DNA of 44,985 nt from Parachlamydiales bacterium (GCA_020051075.1 JAGVJP010000122.1:1-44985); one strand, 5' to 3'; positions 1 to 9,783 are shown, counted from the first letter of the stretch. Program-made: numbers and translations. The notes: generated from the sequence alone by a model not told the origin.

Positions 1-190
1 TGGAGCCCTTCGGGCTATAGCAAAAATAGTTCGAAGAGCTCGAAATTAAAGCAGCGCCAGAACAACTTCTGGAATACCTCATCCCAGAATAACTTCTGGA
101 TCACCACAGCCCGAAGGGCTGAAATTGCAACAGCCCAGGGCAACGCCCTGGGTATACTCAACGTTAATATCGCAGCCTGTAGGGCTGCAC
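1..190. repeat. REP/REPIN-like palindromic element, family A (truncated by the window start)
   Basis: AGCCCGAAGGGCT, AGCCCAGGGCAACGCCCTGGG and GCAGCCTGTAGGGCTGC hairpins match the right arm of the 13430-13660 element; bases 3-24 are the reverse complement of TTTGCTATAGCCCGAAGGGCTC. Confidence 0.85.
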
Positions 191-539
191 GATAGCGAAG
201 GTCTTAGTTTGATACACCAGATTTAGAGTTACCTCTTGTGAGCCCTGTAAGGGCACTATAGCTCATAGAACAACAAAACACATGAATCTTCTAGCACGAA
301 TCGAAAAGCTCCACCTATTAAATGTCGACCGATCAAAGATCAGAGAAATTAAAAAATCGCTCAAACACAAATATCAATTTATCATCTCAGATGCTCATGG
401 AGCGAGCTCGTCATCTTAGAGTGTTTTTTTTCGCAGTCGATCTCATTGACATGCAACGTTTTGCTGAAAAATTCTTTTAGCATATCTGAAAAGCACTTGT
501 AAAAAAAATTTTTACTTATTAACATCAGACAATACAGGA

Positions 540-864
540 CAAAGGGCCCCAAGAGGTAATTGCAGAAGTCGCGTCTGTACCTATTCGAGCTACGCTATCG
601 TCGAAAACAGACTTTTATCAACTCACAGATTCTTGCCAAAATTGACCCTCGAAAAGCAGAAGAAGACTTCCGCACTCCAAACGCTTCGCGTATTCAAGAC
701 GATTTGTTGGCTACGCGAAGCGTTTGGAGTGCGAAAGCCCCCTTTCGCTTTTCGGCCAAAGGATGTTGATCAGAACCTGTGCGTTTATAAAAGTTGGTTG
801 GGAGCGATAGCGCAGCTCGAATGGGTACAGACTCGAGTTCTGCAATTACCACTTGAGGTCCTTT
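540..864. repeat. MITE-like element with long imperfect terminal inverted repeats (family B) and a nested family C hairpin
   Basis: GGTAATTGCAGAAGTCGCGTCTGTACCTATTCGAGCTACGCTATCG (555-600) pairs with CGATAGCGCAGCTCGAATGGGTACAGACTCGAGTTCTGCAATTACC (805-850); inner CGCACTCCAAACGCTTCGCGTA (671-692) pairs with TACGCGAAGCGTTTGGAGTGCG (712-733). Confidence 0.85.
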
Positions 865-919
865 GGCTACTTAGCCCCTTAAAAAGAATTTTCATCTTAC
901 ACTATTATCGGGAGTCTTT

Positions 920-3900
920 ATGGCATCATCATCAACGTCTTCTCCGTCAAATGTTAGACCTCCAAATAGTTGGCTTGACCTGAGTGCAAAGCCCGATATT
1001 CCTCTTCAAAACACTCAAGGATCCATCAAGCGTATCATAGAACAGGTAGAAGAAGAAAGAGCTATTGCCTTAGATCTTTCAGGAAACCGCTTAGGAACTC
1101 AGAAAACACTGAAATTAGTAACACAGTTCCGAAGCAATAACACTCTTATCTCACTCAACCTTTCGGGCAATGATCTCAGACAACAAGATGTAAAAACTAT
1201 CTATCAGATCCTATTCGCCAAAAGCCCTGATCCATCAATCCTTCCTGGTGGTAAGGGAGGAATACCATTACCCAATTGTACATTAGTTTATCTTGCAATC
1301 GACGGAATGATCTATAAGCCAAAGTTCAGAAAGTCAATCCACGATGAAAGTAAACAAGAAAAAAAAATATTGAAGTGTATTACATGCATCGAACAAAACC
1401 TAAATATAAAATTCCTCGAATATTTAGAGAGTTTATCTCCTCAATGCTTTCTAAAGGATCCTGATTCTCGGGACACGAAATGGCCCAAAAAATTTATTTA
1501 CTTTAATATGCCCCTGATTCATATCGCAGCTTCTACTGGAAATTTGACGGCCCTCCAGAAGCTAATAGAGAAGAATCCTTTGATGATTAATTTGTTGGAC
1601 AAATCAGGTCGGACACCTCTACAGTTATCCATAGAAAATCATCATATAGAAACAGCAGAATACTTAATAAAAAATGGTGCGAATCCAAATTTCAGCCTTC
1701 CCAATACTCCGCTCCATCTCGCATTATATCAACACTCCTATAAACAAAGAGTGGCCCTCTTAGAATTAATATTAACAACTGTGAATCAACATAACAACCC
1801 TTTGATTGTAGACGCCCACAATTCTACACGTAACCCACCCTTATTAGAAGCGATTCGTATTCACTTCTCGACTGGAATTAAAATGCTTTTAGAAAAAGGG
1901 GCAAAAATTAATGGATTTAGAGATTCAAAAATAGACCCTATTTACTACACACTGAAACTGTGGTCTGAAAAAATCTCTACAAAAGGGATCTATCCTCTTA
2001 TAAATCGTTATTTTAGGCATGCTAGCACCCCTCAGAAACCTGTAGTGATAAAATCTGATGCTTCTGGGACATCGGAAGATGCTTCTGGGACATCGGAAGA
2101 TACTTCTTCGACGGAGGAAGATGATGTTTCCAATGAAAAGTATTCTAAATCACTAGAAAATGACTTGTCCAAGAAGGGTAATCCTCAAGTTATGCAAAGT
2201 ATTGACGAAGCTTTCATAAAAATACTAACTGTCTTGCTCGAACCATTATCTCCCGACAGTTTGGACTCAATTCGTGAAGATGTTGGATTAACCCCTCTGC
2301 ATTTCGCCGTCAATATGAAAAATTTCGCGGCTTTGCAGTTAATGTTAGTGAAATGCCCGAATGTGAACTGCCAATTGCCTATGGAAAGCATTAGACAAAG
2401 CTCTGGAACCTTACCCGTCGATACTCAAAATGGCTTCACCCTGCTCCACTGCGCTGTACAAAAGGCGGACTTAGATATCGTCAAACTCTTGACTCACTAT
2501 CCCTCGGGCCCAGCCGACAAAACCATTAAAGAGGCCAGAGGAATGACTCCTCTAGACCTAGCAAAAGAGCTCAAGGATAGATACAGTGGCCCAGATCCTT
2601 TAGCTTTTCAAGAAAGGATGAATACTATCATAGAAATGCTTGTAGATGCGGATCAACCAAATCTTATTCACGCACCGACTCTCAACATGGGGTTGCCTTC
2701 AAGTGAATACACCATTATCCTTGAAGCTCTGTCTCAAATAACAAGTTCTTCAAGCAGTTCGTCTTCTTCCACACCATCAAAAGCTGAGTCGGCAGATAAA
2801 TTTTTGCGAAGTATCATTCCGCTTATCGCAACTCTAACCCCTCTCTCAACCGAAAGCAACGATCAATTAGAAGGTATAAATCAATCAGTTAATGAACTTG
2901 GGATAAGTGTAGATCATGAGAGGATAACTTCTCTATTAGAATTGATCGATAGAACCACTGAAGAAATTAATGTCCTAGCAACGAATGATGGATTAAATGC
3001 TCTCATCGAAGAAGCTGCGAGCAAAGCTCCTCCTGCGATGGTTGACACCCTTATCGTTAAAGTTGGCAACCTGTCCTTTGAGAAGGTAGAACACCTTCTT
3101 AACCTCGCGATACAATCGGGACATGTGAAAACAATAGAATATCTCATGTATTTAGGCGCAAATCTCTATGGAGAATCGTTCTTTAAAAGGAATGTAGAGT
3201 CTCGACAATTGGCAGAAAGTCTTCGTTCAGACGTCCAGGAACTTAAAGTGGAACTAACTAGACGTATTGAAAATTTAGAAGCAACCCACCGAGATTTTGA
3301 AAGAAAGACTGAAGAAAAAATGAGAGAACTTTCTAAGGTTCTCAACATGGAACTCCGGCAAAAAATTCAATCGTTCTTTCATAAACCCTACGAAGGGGAC
3401 TATTACAAAGCCTTTTATAACAGTTTTTGTTTTATCATGGCTTCCGAATTTGAAGGAATGAGAACGGCTCTCAGTCATTGGACAGTAGCTGCTAATCCAA
3501 CTTCTTATGAAGCTCTCCAGTTCGTCGAAGCGCTCGCTGCTGCTGCACCATTTCCAGGAACCTCTCTCGCTGCTTCAGCTTTGACCCTTATCCCTAAAAA
3601 ACTATCTCAAAAAGCTATGATCAATCGAATCTGTGCAATCGCTCGTTCATTCCCACTTCCTGAGCATACTCAAAACTTTATCCAAACCCTCTGTTACCAT
3701 CTGATGGATATTTTGCAGCATCAGATCGTGTTACTTGACAGAAAGAACGCAGGCGATTCCTACAAAGTAGATGAAGAAGCGATGCGACAACTTTCAAAGG
3801 CTATTTTTAGTCGAATTGTCTTATATCTATTTACTCAGGATAGCGAACTTCCTGATGATCCTCTAAATAACAGTTCAGTGAATCTATCTGAAAAAGCAAG

Positions 3901-4840
3901 AACAATTGCATTATCAGTGATCTTGCCTAAAGGAAGTAAATTTGCGCAGATTGAATATCTCAAAGAAAATCCCTGTGTTAATTGTGGAATCACTATCCTT
4001 CCAACTCGAAGAGAATTTAGTTCATTCCAACGAGCTAAAGCACAGATGCGTGCAACTAAAGGAAAAATACAGAAGTTGCCTATGTATCTCTCGAGGCGTA
4101 AGCATACAGATACACCGATCAGCCACCTTGGAGAGGGATTTAATCGTAAATTACTTACAGACAATGGTTTTTTCTGCAAGGCTCCAGTAAAAGTTGGGGC
4201 AACTTATTATGAACCTAAAGGGTGCAGACCTGAAGACTACCCACCTCTTATTCTTACAGAAGAGGATTTCTCATTGATTCAAGCACTCACTCACAATGAA
4301 GGAGGGCTTTTAACAGTCTCAAACCGACCCAATATAGAGACGATTAGACTCACAAGAAGTTATCGGGAACTTTGCTTCGAACAGACTCCTATTACAGATA
4401 CTATACCTCGATCGGAACCGCCGCCGCCCCCACTTCCGACGATTCCAAACATCGACCAGAACAGGCTATATGAAGAGCAAATAAGAGATCTCCGTCAGTT
4501 AGTAGACTCTCTGCGTGGAGAAATTTTACAACTTCGAGGCACATCTTCTTCATCACATGAGGAATCTAACAAGTCCACTAGCAAAATGATCATGAATTCT
4601 GAAGAGTTAGCGCGGAGAATAGAAGATGGTGCACAAACAATGATATCGATACACAATATTAAAAAGAAAATTAAAAAACTCCCTAGGTCTGCAGAAATTG
4701 ATAAAGAAAGGAAATATCAGAAAATTGTTACCCTCATCGGAGATCTGAATACATCCGGAGAACAAAAAGCCGCCTTAACAAAAACTCTCCATGACGCTTA
4801 TACTCCATCGGATTCACGATTGACTGCATCATCCATCTAA
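920..4840 (+). CDS. LRR + ankyrin-repeat + coiled-coil protein, candidate secreted effector
   Basis: 1306-aa ORF; Ser-rich N-terminus; RI-like LRRs (ALDLSGNRLG, TLISLNLSGNDL); ankyrin motifs (GRTPLQLS, NTPLHLAL, GLTPLHFAV, GFTLLHCAV, GMTPLDLA); coiled coils; Pro-rich stretch near the C-terminus. Confidence 0.85.
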   Translation: MASSSTSSPSNVRPPNSWLDLSAKPDIPLQNTQGSIKRIIEQVEEERAIALDLSGNRLGTQKTLKLVTQFRSNNTLISLNLSGNDLRQQDVKTIYQILFAKSPDPSILPGGKGGIPLPNCTLVYLAIDGMIYKPKFRKSIHDESKQEKKILKCITCIEQNLNIKFLEYLESLSPQCFLKDPDSRDTKWPKKFIYFNMPLIHIAASTGNLTALQKLIEKNPLMINLLDKSGRTPLQLSIENHHIETAEYLIKNGANPNFSLPNTPLHLALYQHSYKQRVALLELILTTVNQHNNPLIVDAHNSTRNPPLLEAIRIHFSTGIKMLLEKGAKINGFRDSKIDPIYYTLKLWSEKISTKGIYPLINRYFRHASTPQKPVVIKSDASGTSEDASGTSEDTSSTEEDDVSNEKYSKSLENDLSKKGNPQVMQSIDEAFIKILTVLLEPLSPDSLDSIREDVGLTPLHFAVNMKNFAALQLMLVKCPNVNCQLPMESIRQSSGTLPVDTQNGFTLLHCAVQKADLDIVKLLTHYPSGPADKTIKEARGMTPLDLAKELKDRYSGPDPLAFQERMNTIIEMLVDADQPNLIHAPTLNMGLPSSEYTIILEALSQITSSSSSSSSSTPSKAESADKFLRSIIPLIATLTPLSTESNDQLEGINQSVNELGISVDHERITSLLELIDRTTEEINVLATNDGLNALIEEAASKAPPAMVDTLIVKVGNLSFEKVEHLLNLAIQSGHVKTIEYLMYLGANLYGESFFKRNVESRQLAESLRSDVQELKVELTRRIENLEATHRDFERKTEEKMRELSKVLNMELRQKIQSFFHKPYEGDYYKAFYNSFCFIMASEFEGMRTALSHWTVAANPTSYEALQFVEALAAAAPFPGTSLAASALTLIPKKLSQKAMINRICAIARSFPLPEHTQNFIQTLCYHLMDILQHQIVLLDRKNAGDSYKVDEEAMRQLSKAIFSRIVLYLFTQDSELPDDPLNNSSVNLSEKARTIALSVILPKGSKFAQIEYLKENPCVNCGITILPTRREFSSFQRAKAQMRATKGKIQKLPMYLSRRKHTDTPISHLGEGFNRKLLTDNGFFCKAPVKVGATYYEPKGCRPEDYPPLILTEEDFSLIQALTHNEGGLLTVSNRPNIETIRLTRSYRELCFEQTPITDTIPRSEPPPPPLPTIPNIDQNRLYEEQIRDLRQLVDSLRGEILQLRGTSSSSHEESNKSTSKMIMNSEELARRIEDGAQTMISIHNIKKKIKKLPRSAEIDKERKYQKIVTLIGDLNTSGEQKAALTKTLHDAYTPSDSRLTASSI
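2057..2119 (+). repeat. 21-bp in-frame tandem repeat (two exact copies plus one degenerate)
   Basis: GATGCTTCTGGGACATCGGAA x2 then GATACTTCTTCGACGGAGGAA; encodes DASGTSE-DASGTSE-DTSSTEE. Confidence 0.9.
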
Positions 4841-4881
4841 CAAATGAAGAGGCAAAGATCCTTTCCAAAGGAGAAAATAAA

Positions 4882-5050
4882 AAGGACCTAAGGGTAAGGG
4901 ACAAGGGGCCACAAGGCCCTTTAGGTCCTTGTGAGTTAATTGCAGAAGTGGCGCACGAACCAGATCTGCGAGCTATCGCCGAAAATAGGCTTTTATCAAC
5001 TCACAGGTTCTTGCCAAAATTGAACATCGAAAAACGGAAGAGGCCTTCCG
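4882..5050. repeat. Family I hairpin followed by a partial family B copy between convergent genes
   Basis: AAGGACCTAAGGG...CCCTTTAGGTCCTT hairpin (4882-4930); 4937-5049 is a diverged direct copy of 557-672. Confidence 0.8.
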
Positions 5051-5089
5051 TTTTTTCGACGAACTGCCTTGACAAGAACGTTGAAAAGG

Positions 5090-6304
5090 TTATTCTTCCT
5101 CTTTCTTTTCTTGTTCTTGCTGCTGCTGCTGTTGTTGCTGCTCTTTCTGTTGCTGCTCTTCTCGTGACGGCTGTCCCTGTTCCGCTTGGATGACGTTTTG
5201 CGCTTGAGTGGTGGTAATGACCTGGTGGACGACGATATTCTTACCTTTTAAAGCCTCTGACAAAGAGTTTTCACTCATCTGACGGTCCAGAAAGAGCTTT
5301 CCTTCCGGCGATAAGCTGGCAAAGGTGATATTGAATTCCCCTTTTGCCTGGTCTAACGTACTCAGCGTGATCGTCGCTCCTGATAGAATCGGAGGGTTCT
5401 TTAAAGTGATCGTTGTTTCAGTGAGATCGCCTTTCTGCATCACGGTAATGCGATCGACAATCTGCGTGATAATTTCTTGGAGAGGTTTTGCTTGAGCCGA
5501 TTCTTTCACTAGAGGTTGATCAGCACCTGCTGGAGCAAGCTGCGGTTGAATATTGCCCTGAACAGGGGCGTTCTGCTTACTGCCGCCAGACTCTTGATCT
5601 TTTCCCTGCTCTTGTTTAGACGTCTTCGTTCTCTCTACTTTATCTCCACCACCAAGTCCTCTAGCCTCTTTATCAGCAATCGGGCTTTCTTCAGAAGGAC
5701 GGCGGAGTTTCGGTTCCTGCGGTTTCGGCAATTCCTCTGATGCAAGGGTTTCTATCTCTTGGGTATCTAATGGTTTTTCTTTAACAGGTTTTTCGGCAGG
5801 CGGAAGTGGTTTAGCTCCTGTTTTCCCTTTTGTAAAGGTAGCAGAAAGCTCTTCCATCGCTTCGGAAGCTGCAGGATCATCGTCTTGGCCAACTGGAGCC
5901 ATCATCTCTTTCTGATTCTCAGCGATGGAGCGTGTCTCACTGGAAGGAGTTTTGGCAGACGCAAATGCGGTCTCTTTACCTTTCAGACCAGCACCAGAAT
6001 CTTTTGTCCGCTTGAATTGAAGCCCCATCTCCGATTTAGCCGATTCCCCCCCATCCTCGGAGCCAGACTGCGAATCAGGATCCCTTCTTGTTGAAGAAGC
6101 CTTTCTGGCTAATTCAAAAGGGGAAAGAGCGCTGCTGTCTTCGCCGCCCTCTTCTTCGACCTCATCTTTGCGATCTTTTCCAGAGCGGTTATCCCGCTCC
6201 ACTTTTTTATAGCTATCATCTTTTGGAGACCTTGAGGGCCTTCCAGACTCTACGCTATCATTGCCCCCTCTAGGAGATTCTGATGATCTTTGTATTGGGT
6301 TCAT
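5090..6304 (-). CDS. cdsP: T3SS needle-length ruler SctP/CdsP (CT671-like)
   Basis: Follows cdsN-cdsO; long disordered acidic N-terminus; C-terminal T3S4/FliK-like domain (ETTITLKNPPILSGATITL...FNITFA); poly-Q tail. Confidence 0.8.
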   Translation of the reverse strand: MNPIQRSSESPRGGNDSVESGRPSRSPKDDSYKKVERDNRSGKDRKDEVEEEGGEDSSALSPFELARKASSTRRDPDSQSGSEDGGESAKSEMGLQFKRTKDSGAGLKGKETAFASAKTPSSETRSIAENQKEMMAPVGQDDDPAASEAMEELSATFTKGKTGAKPLPPAEKPVKEKPLDTQEIETLASEELPKPQEPKLRRPSEESPIADKEARGLGGGDKVERTKTSKQEQGKDQESGGSKQNAPVQGNIQPQLAPAGADQPLVKESAQAKPLQEIITQIVDRITVMQKGDLTETTITLKNPPILSGATITLSTLDQAKGEFNITFASLSPEGKLFLDRQMSENSLSEALKGKNIVVHQVITTTQAQNVIQAEQGQPSREEQQQKEQQQQQQQQEQEKKEEE

Positions 6305-6325
6305 GTGATGCCTCTTGTAAGAAAT

Positions 6326-6829
6326 TTACTCTTTATTACGCTTATAATGCATAGCTGTATGAATCATTGATCCTAGCTCATCTTGTTCCCGCCCTTCTAA
6401 AATCTCCAACGCTTTTCGAGCCTCTTTTTCCCAATCTTTCTTATGCATCATCAATTTATCCACTTCTAGTCGTTTTTGACGGAGGGTTTCTTTCGCCTGA
6501 GCTAAATTTTTCTCGGCTGTAACAACCTGTTCCTTTTGATCTTTGACTTTTTTTTCTTCAACCAGCAGTTTCTCATCAACGAGCTTCAAATAGACTTTCA
6601 TCTGTTGAATTTTGGGACTGGTCGTACCCGCATCCATCGTATCACGCAGCTGTTGAAGCTTATCGACTTTGTGTTGTTTAACTTTATCCCTTTCTGCTTC
6701 CCGTTCAGCAAGTTTTTTCTGCTCGTTTTCTAAAGCTAGTTGTTTCTCTTTAACGACTTTCTCCGCGTCTTCAACTCGCCTCTCTTTAATTTCGATGACC
6801 TGTTTTAACGGATATACGGTATTATTCAT
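6326..6829 (-). CDS. cdsO: T3SS stalk protein SctO/CdsO (CT670-like)
   Basis: 167-aa all coiled coil directly after the ATPase; YPLKQVIEIKERRVEDAEKVVKEK resembles the chlamydial CT670 N-terminus. Confidence 0.9.
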   Translation of the reverse strand: MNNTVYPLKQVIEIKERRVEDAEKVVKEKQLALENEQKKLAEREAERDKVKQHKVDKLQQLRDTMDAGTTSPKIQQMKVYLKLVDEKLLVEEKKVKDQKEQVVTAEKNLAQAKETLRQKRLEVDKLMMHKKDWEKEARKALEILEGREQDELGSMIHTAMHYKRNKE

Positions 6830-6840
6830 AATTTTTGACT

Positions 6841-8157
6841 CTATTTAAAGAGCCCTTTCAATAGCTGATATGTCTCTTGAAATGAACACTTCTCATCTAC
6901 TGCTTGTTTTAAAAATTTCAACACTTTTTCGATATGGTCGATCGCAAAATCACCTGCTTTATCCGCCCCGCGTTTATACTCTCCAATCTTAATCAACAGC
7001 TCATTTTTCTTGAAATTGGCTAGAACCTCTTTCAATTTCCCAATAAGCTGTAAATGATCTTTTGGAATAATCGAAGTGATGACACGGCTGGCAGAGGATA
7101 AAATGTCAATGGCAGGATAATGGTACTGACGGGCAAGTTCGCTAGAGAGGATAATGTGTCCATCTAAGATTGACCTCACCTCATCTGCAACCGGCTCATT
7201 CATGTCGTCGCCAGCAACAAGGATTGTGTAAAACGCTGTGATCGAACCTTTATCGGAATTACCAGACCGTTCAAGAAGCTTTGGAAGGGTAGAGAATACC
7301 GAAGGGGTATATCCAGCTCGTGCTGGCGGCTCGCCAGCAGCCAATCCAACCTCGCGCAAAGCCCGGGCAAAACGTGTCACCGAGTCCATCATCAAGATCA
7401 CAGATTTCCCCTGATTGCGGAAATACTCTGCAATGGCTGTTCCGACATACGCTGCGTTGATACGGAGCTGTGAAGCTTGATCGGATGTGGATACAATCAA
7501 CACAGATCGGGCAAGCCCTTCTGGACCTAAATCTTTTTCGATGAACTCTCTGAGCTCCCGTCCCCGTTCCCCAATCAAGCTGATGACGTTGACATCAGCG
7601 ACAGCATTCCGAGCAATCATACCCAAAAGGGTTGACTTACCACCGCCCGCAGCCGCGAAAATCCCTACCCGCTGCCCTAATCCCGCAGTCAACACACCAT
7701 CGATGGCTCTGACGCCGACAGAGATCGGCTGGTGGATCGGCATCCGCGTGACAGGATCGGGAGGAGGCTGTATGACGGGATACGTTTCATCGAGGATGAG
7801 CGGCCCTTTAGTGTCTTCGTCTAAAGGTTCACCTAGTCCATTAAGGATTCTCCCTAGGAGCCCGGGTCCGACTTTGATATGGAGGGGTTGGTACGTTGGA
7901 ATAACTTCTGAAGAGGGGCCGATGCCGGTCATCTCTCCGAGAGGGGATAAGAGAACCTCATCTTTAGTGAAACCGACCACTTCAGCTCTGAGGGGCTCTC
8001 CGGGTCGTTTGATCAGGCATATTTCGCCAATTTTAACTTGCGGAACAACAGCTTTAATGAGCATCCCGACAACTTCGGTAATGCGTCCATTCACCGTCGT
8101 CAGCTGCATTTCTTCGAGATCGCCGAGGAGTTTGTCGATGTCTTCGTTCGTGTACAT
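6841..8157 (-). CDS. sctN: T3SS ATPase SctN/CdsN
   Basis: Walker A AAAGGGKST, LIGERGRE, Walker B LMMDSVTRFARA, GEPPARAGYTPSVF, DEVRSILDGHI. Confidence 0.97.
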   Translation of the reverse strand: MYTNEDIDKLLGDLEEMQLTTVNGRITEVVGMLIKAVVPQVKIGEICLIKRPGEPLRAEVVGFTKDEVLLSPLGEMTGIGPSSEVIPTYQPLHIKVGPGLLGRILNGLGEPLDEDTKGPLILDETYPVIQPPPDPVTRMPIHQPISVGVRAIDGVLTAGLGQRVGIFAAAGGGKSTLLGMIARNAVADVNVISLIGERGRELREFIEKDLGPEGLARSVLIVSTSDQASQLRINAAYVGTAIAEYFRNQGKSVILMMDSVTRFARALREVGLAAGEPPARAGYTPSVFSTLPKLLERSGNSDKGSITAFYTILVAGDDMNEPVADEVRSILDGHIILSSELARQYHYPAIDILSSASRVITSIIPKDHLQLIGKLKEVLANFKKNELLIKIGEYKRGADKAGDFAIDHIEKVLKFLKQAVDEKCSFQETYQLLKGLFK

Positions 8158-8201
8158 GGTCTACCTAATGTGAAACCGTTTTAGCTCTCGCCACCGATCG
8201 A

Positions 8202-8340
8202 CGTTGTTGCATAATTCACCACAGAGCCACTGAGATCACGGAGGAGGGATGAGATAGGGAGAAACACGTTTGATAATTGCTCAATTTTCTCATAATTTCT
8301 CAATGGTCTCACTGCCTCTGTGGTGATTTATGCAATAACG
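8202..8340. repeat. Palindromic REP-like element, family D
   Basis: CGTTGTTGCATAATTCACCACAGAG (8202-8226) pairs with CTCTGTGGTGATTTATGCAATAACG (8316-8340); right arm recurs at ~22780-22845. Confidence 0.85.
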
Positions 8341-8356
8341 CCCTACCGATCCATGC

Positions 8357-9220
8357 TTAAACTTGAACGTTCATGATTGTTTTTGTCGCTTCTAAAGCCT
8401 TGTTCAACAAACTCGTAAATAGTTCTATCTGTTGTTGGATGATCCCCACTTTGATCTGAATAGCAAGCAAATTGGCTGGTGACAGATTGTTAGTGCTATT
8501 CAATTCGACGATAGCCGAGTTGAGATGCTCCATTTGATTCTGGCTGTGTGTCAAGAAGCCTAAGAATCGATGGATGGGGCTTGTGCCAGCAGCTTGCTTA
8601 GGAGCTGGCGTATGCTCTAATCCAGCTTTTGAAAGAGCAATCTTGAGGTTATCGTCAACATGTGTCAACCGATTATTCAGCAGAGTTTGATAGGAAGGCT
8701 TAATCTCTGATTTCGCTTCAACAAGCTGCTTCTTAACTTTCTCGATCTGATCGATTGTATCTTTGGTCTGAGTCTGAATATCTTTTCGACCAAGATTTGT
8801 TGTCTTAGAGGCATCGGCGTTGAGCTTAGACAGCTCATCCATCAAAGAACCAGTTTTAGATCCACCCTTCTTGCTGCCTGTTGCGCCGATCTCTTCAACT
8901 TCATCGCCGCCCTGCTGTTGATGACGCTTTTTCTCTTGATCTGTTGCAGAACCGCTTTTTTGTGAAGCCGTGCTCTCTTCACCCAAGATGGGATTGATCT
9001 CGAGCTTCTCTCCCCCTTCGTTTATCGAATAGGGCCTTTCAATATTATGCGTTTGGATCGCTGCTAATTTATTTGATGCTGTCTGCGTCTGGTCGACAAA
9101 TTTTTGGAAATTCTCGGCTTTATCACCCGATTTATCCATCGACTCCGCCGGCCGCTCTGACTTTGGATTTTTTAGAGCTTCGTTCATATTCTGACCAGCT
9201 CCAATATTTACTTGAGACAT
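8357..9220 (-). CDS. T3SS-associated protein, CT668-like
   Basis: Immediately upstream of cdsN; C-terminal LSPANLLAIQIKVGIIQQQIELFTSLLNKALEATKTIMNVQV has the inner-rod/needle-like end of the CT668 family. Confidence 0.75.
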   Translation of the reverse strand: MSQVNIGAGQNMNEALKNPKSERPAESMDKSGDKAENFQKFVDQTQTASNKLAAIQTHNIERPYSINEGGEKLEINPILGEESTASQKSGSATDQEKKRHQQQGGDEVEEIGATGSKKGGSKTGSLMDELSKLNADASKTTNLGRKDIQTQTKDTIDQIEKVKKQLVEAKSEIKPSYQTLLNNRLTHVDDNLKIALSKAGLEHTPAPKQAAGTSPIHRFLGFLTHSQNQMEHLNSAIVELNSTNNLSPANLLAIQIKVGIIQQQIELFTSLLNKALEATKTIMNVQV

Positions 9221-9257
9221 AAACCCATTCCCTTTTGCAAGAAATCTTAAGGAACAA

Positions 9258-9343
9258 CTGTGGTTCTGCTGTCAAGAGCCTGTTAAACGATTAACTCAGC
9301 CCTTAGACCCCTGACGGGGCCTCGTAGAACAGAAGAACCACAG
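9258..9343. repeat. Inverted repeat related to family D (outward orientation)
   Basis: CTGTGGTTCTGCTGT pairs with ACAGAAGAACCACAG. Confidence 0.6.
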
Positions 9344-9371
9344 AAAAAGATGGCTAAATGCATTAGCCATC
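9344..9371 (-). terminator. Intrinsic terminator after cdsF
   Basis: Minus strand GATGGCTAA-TGCAT-TTAGCCATC followed by TTTTT, a few bases after the stop codon. Confidence 0.7.
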
Positions 9372-9377
9372 CACTCA

Positions 9378-9614
9378 TTATCCCTTGGTGTTACGGGCCA
9401 TGGACATCATGCTAGTGTTCTGAGCCGATACCACGGAGGTGGACATCTCTGAAATCTGTGACAATTTCGTCATCAATCTCTGCATGTCAAACATCTCAAT
9501 AATACCTGGACCCTCTTTCATGTCTCTCATCTTACCGATTTGATCAACGACTTCGTCTTGGGCCGAAGAGATTGCATCTCTTAAGACGGTTGTATCTATC
9601 TTGTTTGAAGCCAT
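9378..9614 (-). CDS. cdsF: T3SS needle filament protein SctF/CdsF
   Basis: 78 aa from the ATG at 9614 (GGAGG RBS upstream); MFDMQRLMTKLSQISEMSTSVVSAQNTSMMSMARNTKG resembles the chlamydial CdsF C-terminus. Confidence 0.85.
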   Translation of the reverse strand: MASNKIDTTVLRDAISSAQDEVVDQIGKMRDMKEGPGIIEMFDMQRLMTKLSQISEMSTSVVSAQNTSMMSMARNTKG

Positions 9615-9783
9615 AAAATTTTCCTCCAACTACTTGTTCTTACTAATTGATTAATAAGCTCAGTAGGGAACTTCAGCTCATGGAAATTACACTTCCTGAA
9701 GTTGGACTCGCCAACTTCGACCTGAAATACTACAACACTTAACTTTTGAGATGATCAGAACAATTTCTGATCCCTCTTTCATT

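Noticed and set aside
560..983. ORFs 560-769 and 633-983
   Set aside because: They lie largely within the palindromic repeat element and show no protein-like features
6841..8157. Flagellar FliI or F1 ATPase assignment
   Set aside because: Context (cdsD/E/F/G/O/P) identifies it as the injectisome ATPase
7487..8173. 228-aa plus-strand ORF
   Set aside because: Antisense shadow of sctN; the same applies to most short ORFs opposite long genes, e.g. 14456-14914 and 33736-34173
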